Part shown: in pieces, positions 32,022 through 36,031 of the stretch
Numbering within the stretch: the first letter of the stretch is position 1
How the letters are laid out: each line of letters starts with the position of its first letter
IMG/VR virus record: IMGVR_UViG_3300029893_000039
Coordinates: 1 to 36,031 of that record
Origin: a virus
Strand: one strand, 5' to 3'
Length of the DNA stretch: 36,031 bases
Program-made: the position numbers and the translations under genes
The notes under the pieces: model-generated
What the model saw: only the letters and a program-made list of their open reading frames with translations
What the model was told of the DNA's origin: nothing
Databases searched by the model: none

Positions 32022-34633
32022 TTTGAATACTCCTTCGCATATCCACCTGCGCAGTCCAACGGTACACCTTCGGCATAATCTGGCGCGGAACGCATGACGG
32101 CCTGCGCAAAGCCGAGTGCGTCATCTGCTTCGTCCTCGCGGGCGAGAAACACAACTTCGTCGTGCGTCATCGTCGCCACTTGGTACTTCTGCGCGATGAC
32201 CAGCATCTGGTCGGCCACAATGTCACGCGCGATGGCTTGAACAATGTTTTCCACCAGCGATGCGCCATAGATGCGCTGTTTCGCACCGTACTCAAACCCG
32301 TCACTGGTCAACCGCAAGTCAGGATACGATAGCCAGCGGCCCGAGGGCAAGCGAAGTTTTTGGTAGGATGTCACGATGCCGTGCTGCCAGTCGATGCGCT
32401 CTTCTTGCATCATGGCGCGCAGCATACGATCCGCGCTGCGCCACAGTGCGCGGATTGCAGTGTATGTGCTCCGGTAGGTTGCTACATACCCTGCCGCGTC
32501 GTCAAGCGTCGTGCTTGGTTGCTTGAGAGCAATCTGCGCGTGCAACTTGACGTGGCCGACGCCATACCCAAGTCCGAGAATGCAGTTATGAACAATCACT
32601 GGACCCAAGTCCGTCATCACCGTAAACCGATGGTTCGGACCGCAGTTGAGCAGATCGTAGACTGGCAATTTCTCGCTCAAGCGCAAGGATTCGTTGCGAC
32701 AAGTCGTTAGCTTTTCTGCGGGTGGCGATGTTTTCTTTTCGGGTGACAAACCTGACGTTCCCTGGAGCGTAAGGCCCGTCAACATTGATCCGGTCAAGCT
32801 CAAGCTCTGGAACATCCCACCCTGGAATGGTTTGTATGTACCGAAGAAACGCTGATCGGTCATCTCTCCATTCTTGGCAGACATAAATTCCTCGCTCGCC
32901 ATAACTCGAAAAGGCTGCGTTCCGAGGGTTGTGGCACCGGCCAATGCACGAGGATAGGCGGTTAAGCAGCCGTGTGCGGTGCCCGTCATCCGCGAGCGCG
33001 TCCTTATATTTCCAGTATCGTTTTTTGCTGGCAGCGACTTTCGCGCACGCGTTGCAGCGAGTAGACCTCCCAGATAGGAGATTGTGCCGGTCAACCATCC
33101 CTTCGTTCCCGCAAGAGCATCTGACATACGGGTGCCACCCAGCCATTTGCCCGCTTGATGGGCGAACCATCGGACGCCAGTCGAGGATGGTAAGGTCGCC
33201 GTAAACAGCGCCGACGCTAGCAGGGAACGGTTTTTGAGGACCTCTGACCACTCCGCCCATCCATGTTCCGTCAGGATTTCGTGGTCCGAAGTAGCGTTTA
33301 CGCCGATCCCCCGCAATGTTGGTTTCAGGCCCTGAAACCTCACGCCGCCATGCTTTACCCATGATTCTCCATCCCACACCAAGTCCGTTTCCTTGACCCG
33401 AATAATAGGCTTCCAGCCATTGTTGGTCAAGACTTTGGTGTTGGCTGCTAGGCACGTCTTGCCGACGAAGCGCCGCGCGTCGTCAATCTGCTGCCCAGGC
33501 CAGATTCGCATGGCGAACCGAACGTACACGTCGTCGCCATCAGCGAACTGCTGGAGCAACTCATTCTCTCCCGCCAGCCACGCGAGCACGCGCGCCTCGA
33601 TCTGCGACGAGTCCACAACCACCAGGACATATCCCTCAGGTGCCGTTAGACACTTGCGCAGCGCAGACCCACGGTTGAGATTCTGCATGTTGACGCCGTC
33701 CCATCCAGACCATCGCCCCGTATGCGCCCCGTGATACTTGAGCGGCACAGGCATGACGCCACGTCCAGCCACACCGATGAACTTCTGCGTGCGACGCAGC
33801 TCGGACACGCTCTTAGCTGCAAGCCTTCCGCGCACTAGATGCCCCACATGGGGGTTCTCCAGCAACGCCAGGAAGTCAGTGTCTGTCTTGCGGAAAGTTC
33901 CGGGCACAGCCACGCCATGCGCTGCGAGGACGGATGCGAACTGCGGATTGCTCATCAGCACGCTTTCAAGCACGCCAGCCGAGGCAATAGCTTCATCGCG
34001 CTGCGCCTCAAGCTCAGCCATCCGGTCGTGCAATAAACGTGCATTGACTTCCAGCACCGGCTCGGTGAACAGACGTGTAGTGAGGTCGATCAGCGCCAAC
34101 TCGCGCGCCGCGCGCACGCCGCCCAACGTTGTGACCATGTCCGCGCTCAGGCGCTTGTATAGCTTGCGCAGCAGGTTCACGTCCTGCACGCAATACTCGG
34201 CAAGTTGCTGTTCCAGCAGAGGGTCAAGATCACGCACACCCAGCGTCTTCGCTAGAGCGTCACCTTTGGCGCCCAGGTCGTAATGCTCGGAGAGAGCGGC
34301 CAGTGTATGCTTGCCGTGGTAACGCACGATGCGGCTCATAGCCAGCGTGTCATGGGTGCGCTTTGGCGCGACACCGAAGCGCCAGGACAGGATTGCCATG
34401 TCGAACGGCGCGTTGTGAGCAACCCATATAGCCCCGGGATGCTCGCTATGCAACGCTGACAGCGCAGACTGCACTTGCGCAGGTGGAACCCAATATGGTG
34501 TTGTGTCGTCCACGGCAATGCTGACGCCATGCACCTTGAACCGCTCGTCACGGATGTATTCTTCCGTGCTCATTTTGGTGAGCGAGTACGCACGGTCATA
34601 GTAGGTTTCGAAGTCGATGTAGATAGTCGTCAT
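32018..34633 (-). CDS. Family-A DNA polymerase with 3'-5' exonuclease domain, interrupted by an intein (871 aa precursor)
   Basis: Exonuclease motifs are IYIDFETYYD, WVAHNAPFDMAIL and EYCVQDVNLL. Motif A is VVVDSSQIEARVLAWLAGE. Motif B is split as RRFVGKT / intein / CILGLGYGVG. The start is ATG 34633 (GGAG 8 nt upstream, ATGA overlap) rather than the track start at 34735. Confidence 0.9.
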   Translation of the reverse strand: MTTIYIDFETYYDRAYSLTKMSTEEYIRDERFKVHGVSIAVDDTTPYWVPPAQVQSALSALHSEHPGAIWVAHNAPFDMAILSWRFGVAPKRTHDTLAMSRIVRYHGKHTLAALSEHYDLGAKGDALAKTLGVRDLDPLLEQQLAEYCVQDVNLLRKLYKRLSADMVTTLGGVRAARELALIDLTTRLFTEPVLEVNARLLHDRMAELEAQRDEAIASAGVLESVLMSNPQFASVLAAHGVAVPGTFRKTDTDFLALLENPHVGHLVRGRLAAKSVSELRRTQKFIGVAGRGVMPVPLKYHGAHTGRWSGWDGVNMQNLNRGSALRKCLTAPEGYVLVVVDSSQIEARVLAWLAGENELLQQFADGDDVYVRFAMRIWPGQQIDDARRFVGKTCLAANTKVLTNNGWKPIIRVKETDLVWDGESWVKHGGVRFQGLKPTLRGIGVNATSDHEILTEHGWAEWSEVLKNRSLLASALFTATLPSSTGVRWFAHQAGKWLGGTRMSDALAGTKGWLTGTISYLGGLLAATRARKSLPAKNDTGNIRTRSRMTGTAHGCLTAYPRALAGATTLGTQPFRVMASEEFMSAKNGEMTDQRFFGTYKPFQGGMFQSLSLTGSMLTGLTLQGTSGLSPEKKTSPPAEKLTTCRNESLRLSEKLPVYDLLNCGPNHRFTVMTDLGPVIVHNCILGLGYGVGHVKLHAQIALKQPSTTLDDAAGYVATYRSTYTAIRALWRSADRMLRAMMQEERIDWQHGIVTSYQKLRLPSGRWLSYPDLRLTSDGFEYGAKQRIYGASLVENIVQAIARDIVADQMLVIAQKYQVATMTHDEVVFLAREDEADDALGFAQAVMRSAPDYAEGVPLDCAGGYAKEYSK
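32585..33454 (-). mobile_element. Intein (290 aa) inserted in polymerase motif B
   Basis: In the polymerase frame, block A is CLAANTKVLTNNGWKPI and block B is GVNATSDHEILTEHGW. Blocks F and G are LPVYDLLNCGPNHRF...GPVIVHN, followed by the +1 Cys. Confidence 0.8.
32586..33455 (-). CDS. HNH/zinc-ribbon homing-endonuclease ORF in an alternative frame of the intein (289 codons open; plausible internal start ATG 33362)
   Basis: The alternative frame reads VYGDLTILDW...YVRCSCGNEGMVDRHNLLSGRSTRCNAC...IGRCHNPRNAAFSSYGERGIYVCQEW...ELDRINVDGPYAPGNVRFVTRKEN. GGAG lies 4 nt upstream of ATG 33362. The stop TAA is formed by the His-Asn codons cAT AAc. Confidence 0.6.
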   Translation of the reverse strand: MPSSQHQSLDQQWLEAYYSGQGNGLGVGWRIMGKAWRREVSGPETNIAGDRRKRYFGPRNPDGTWMGGVVRGPQKPFPASVGAVYGDLTILDWRPMVRPSSGQMAGWHPYVRCSCGNEGMVDRHNLLSGRSTRCNACAKVAASKKRYWKYKDALADDGHRTRLLNRLSSCIGRCHNPRNAAFSSYGERGIYVCQEWRDDRSAFLRYIQTIPGWDVPELELDRINVDGPYAPGNVRFVTRKENIATRRKANDLSQRILALEREIASLRSAQLRSEPSVYGDDGLGSSDCS

Positions 34634-34776
34634 GCGCGCCGCTCCACAGTCTTGTCGAGCAGCCAGCCGGTGCGCGTCATGCGAACCATCTGCACACCGC
34701 GTAACCAGCGTACTTGCAGGGTTCGTGTCGGCCAAAGCCTGCGCGCATCATGGCGCAGCGTCATCAGTGATTTCAT
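34630..34776 (-). CDS. Small basic protein (48 aa)
   Basis: RBS is GGAGAAAG. It reads MKSLMTLRHDARRLWPTRTLQVRWLRGVQMVRMTRTGWLLDKTVERRA*. There are ATGA overlaps at both ends. Confidence 0.4.
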   Translation of the reverse strand: MKSLMTLRHDARRLWPTRTLQVRWLRGVQMVRMTRTGWLLDKTVERRA

Positions 34777-35039
34777 GCTTTCTCCTTCGCTTGTCGAACC
34801 CACAACACGGCAGCTGCGGGCCGTTGAACATCTAAATGGCTTCCTACTGCATACAGGGCGACTATCTTGCTTCCCCGCATGCGGTAGTCCGCGATATACA
34901 CGGCTTTGGCACGGTGCAGCCTGCGCATCGCGTTCGCCACGCTCGCCGGGTTGGCCTTGATGTCGTCTGCGATGTCTGGCACGCACTTGGCACCATGCGT
35001 CAGCATGTGCTGCACTATTTTGTCAACAATGGTCATCAT
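34773..35039 (-). CDS. Winged-helix DNA-binding protein (88 aa)
   Basis: It reads MMTIVDKIVQHMLTHGAKCVPDIADDIKANPASVANAMRRLHRAKAVYIADYR..., which is MarR/wHTH-like. Confidence 0.55.
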   Translation of the reverse strand: MMTIVDKIVQHMLTHGAKCVPDIADDIKANPASVANAMRRLHRAKAVYIADYRMRGSKIVALYAVGSHLDVQRPAAAVLWVRQAKEKA

Positions 35040-35217
35040 CTTCACGCTCCGAAATCCCACTCAGGTAGAAGAAGGCGACGCTGCCCACTAGGATGCCGTA
35101 GACGCCCCAAGCGCGGTGCAGCCAGTCCGTAGCGCTCCCGACATAGCCGAAGCAAAACAGGATGCCGCAGAGGGCCGCAAACGCCCCAATGCGGGCGACA
35201 AAATCAATCTTGTCCAT
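35023..35217 (-). CDS. Small two-TM membrane protein (64 aa)
   Basis: Track ORF trimmed to ATG 35217 (RBS GAGGA). It reads MDKIDFVARIGAFAALCGILFCFGYVG...GVYGILVGSVAFFYL. Confidence 0.5.
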   Translation of the reverse strand: MDKIDFVARIGAFAALCGILFCFGYVGSATDWLHRAWGVYGILVGSVAFFYLSGISEREDDDHC

Positions 35218-35227
35218 AACGATGTCC

Positions 35228-35581
35228 TCAGAACGGCGCGTGCACGCCAATGTAGAAATTGTGGGCGACGACGCCCCCCTCAATGCCGATGGTCAGCCAC
35301 TGCCAATACCGCCGATCCTGCTCCGGCAACATGCGGCTGATGACGTAGTGTCCGACAGCGCAGCCGAGCATATAGCGATTGACGGCGGCATTGCTTGGAT
35401 GAGGCCCAAGAATCGGGTTTTCCTCTTGGTAGGTGGGTTCGTGCGCGATGTTGTGCGTCTGCAACGTATCCAGCAGCAGCAGGCCGGTGAATGCCAGTTC
35501 ACGATGGGTATCCGCAGGCGTCCACTCTGCGGCGTGCGCAGTGCTGGCGACGAGCAGGAGGGCTAGAAGAAAGGCTTTCAT
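35228..35581 (-). CDS. Secreted / envelope protein with a signal peptide (117 aa), ending in Phe
   Basis: MKAFLLALLLVASTAHA/AEW is a Sec signal with an AHA-A cleavage site. The C-terminus is ...NFYIGVHAPF. It overlaps the repeat gene as ATGA. Confidence 0.6.
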   Translation of the reverse strand: MKAFLLALLLVASTAHAAEWTPADTHRELAFTGLLLLDTLQTHNIAHEPTYQEENPILGPHPSNAAVNRYMLGCAVGHYVISRMLPEQDRRYWQWLTIGIEGGVVAHNFYIGVHAPF

Positions 35582-36031
35582 TTCTCGATCCTTTCCGGGC
35601 ACCAGGTAGCGGCGACGATATTGGCGAAGCTGAGGTATTGCAGTGACTTGAGTCTGTCGTTGTCCTTGCGCACCTTCGCGCGGAACTCATCCAGCGTTCC
35701 GACGAAACACCCGGCGCGCACAAGTGGGCCGTTTTCAACGTTGAATGCATAGATCGTGCGATGGGCCGATCCACCGCCTCCAAATGACATCAGCGGGTAT
35801 CCTGCAAGTGCTTTGCGGTTGCCCTCGAAGCTGCACCCCGCGCCGAAGCTGCACCACGCGCCGAATCTGCACCACTCGCCGAAGCTGCACAACTCGCCGA
35901 AGCTGCACCCAGCGCCGAAGCTGCACGACTCGCTGAAGCTGCACAACTCGCCGAAGCCGCACCCCACGCCGAAGCGGCACGACTCGCCGAATCTGCACCA
36001 CTCGCCGAAGCTGCACGACTCGCCGAAGCTG
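35578..36031 (-). CDS. Cys-containing hexapeptide-repeat protein, C-terminal part (continuation of 340..1)
   Basis: The frame is open to the right edge. It reads ...FGESCR FGVGCG FGELCS FSESCS FGAGCS FGELCS FGEWCR FGAWCS FGAGCS FEGNRK and then a non-repetitive domain ...GGGGSAHRTIYAFNVENGPLVRAGCFVGTLDEFRAKVRKDNDRLKSLQYLSFANIVAATWCPERIEK*. Confidence 0.7.
   Translation of the reverse strand, partial: SFGESCSFGEWCRFGESCRFGVGCGFGELCSFSESCSFGAGCSFGELCSFGEWCRFGAWCSFGAGCSFEGNRKALAGYPLMSFGGGGSAHRTIYAFNVENGPLVRAGCFVGTLDEFRAKVRKDNDRLKSLQYLSFANIVAATWCPERIEK
35824..36031 (-). repeat. 18-bp tandem repeat array, right part (about 11.5 units)
   Basis: The same unit family as in 1..238. This part is more diverged (gcacaactcgccgaagct, gcaccacgcgccgaatct, gcaccccacgccgaagcg). 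Confidence 0.95.

Noticed and set aside
34634-34735. N-terminal extensions given by the ORF track. Examples are polymerase from 34735, 342..899, 739..1137, 1772..2134, 2092..2370, 12841.., 16651.., 17375.., 18417.., 19162.., 30598..30990, 30891..31181, 31750..32154, 35228..35602 and 35023..35283.
   Set aside because: The extensions overlap the preceding gene and lack an RBS. Internal starts carry SD sequences or ATGA coupling and begin the protein-like part of the sequence.
1-36031. tRNA, rRNA, integrase/attachment site, and toxin-antitoxin or known defence-system genes.
   Set aside because: No cloverleaf-like sequence, recombinase motif or characteristic gene pair was recognised on either strand. 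Absence cannot be proven without tRNA and profile searches.

Overview
The window appears to be a complete, circularly closed genome of a GC-rich tailed phage. The first 44 nt are identical to the last 44 nt, giving about 35,987 bp of unique sequence. Gene content is podovirus-like. I could not recognise an integrase, a repressor cassette, a phage RNA polymerase, a tRNA or a CRISPR array.

Two arms diverge from a lower-GC control region of about 460 bp (4600-5060) and converge at about 25214-25232.

(1) The plus-strand late arm (5060-25232) encodes large terminase, portal, scaffold, an N4-gp56-like capsid protein, adaptor and nozzle proteins, two paralogous tail fibres, a lysis cassette (holin, GH108 endolysin, 3TM holin-like protein), a cupin, three Q/G/N-rich internal virion proteins and a PurD-like ATP-grasp enzyme.

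(2) The minus-strand early/replication arm runs 4599->1, crosses the contig junction and continues 36031->25214. It encodes small early proteins, a truncated beta-clamp homologue, a Cys-containing hexapeptide-repeat protein, a signal-peptide protein, a wHTH protein, a family-A DNA polymerase, a Cas4-like exonuclease, a VRR-NUC nuclease, an SNF2 helicase, an SSB-like protein and a prim-pol/helicase. Sixteen gene junctions on this arm are ATGA start/stop overlaps.

Most notable observations:
- The DNA polymerase carries a 290-aa intein in motif B. Its HNH homing endonuclease reads in a different frame from the Hint splicing domains, and both frames stay open for about 870 nt.
- An 18-bp tandem array encodes about 22 F-G-x-x-C-[S/R] hexads and spans the contig junction.
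- A compact DnaN-like half-clamp is present.
- The PurD-like ligase lacks the canonical GGREHA motif.
- A promoter plus intrinsic-terminator leader sits immediately upstream of terL.

All family assignments come from motif recognition by eye. No database search was run.
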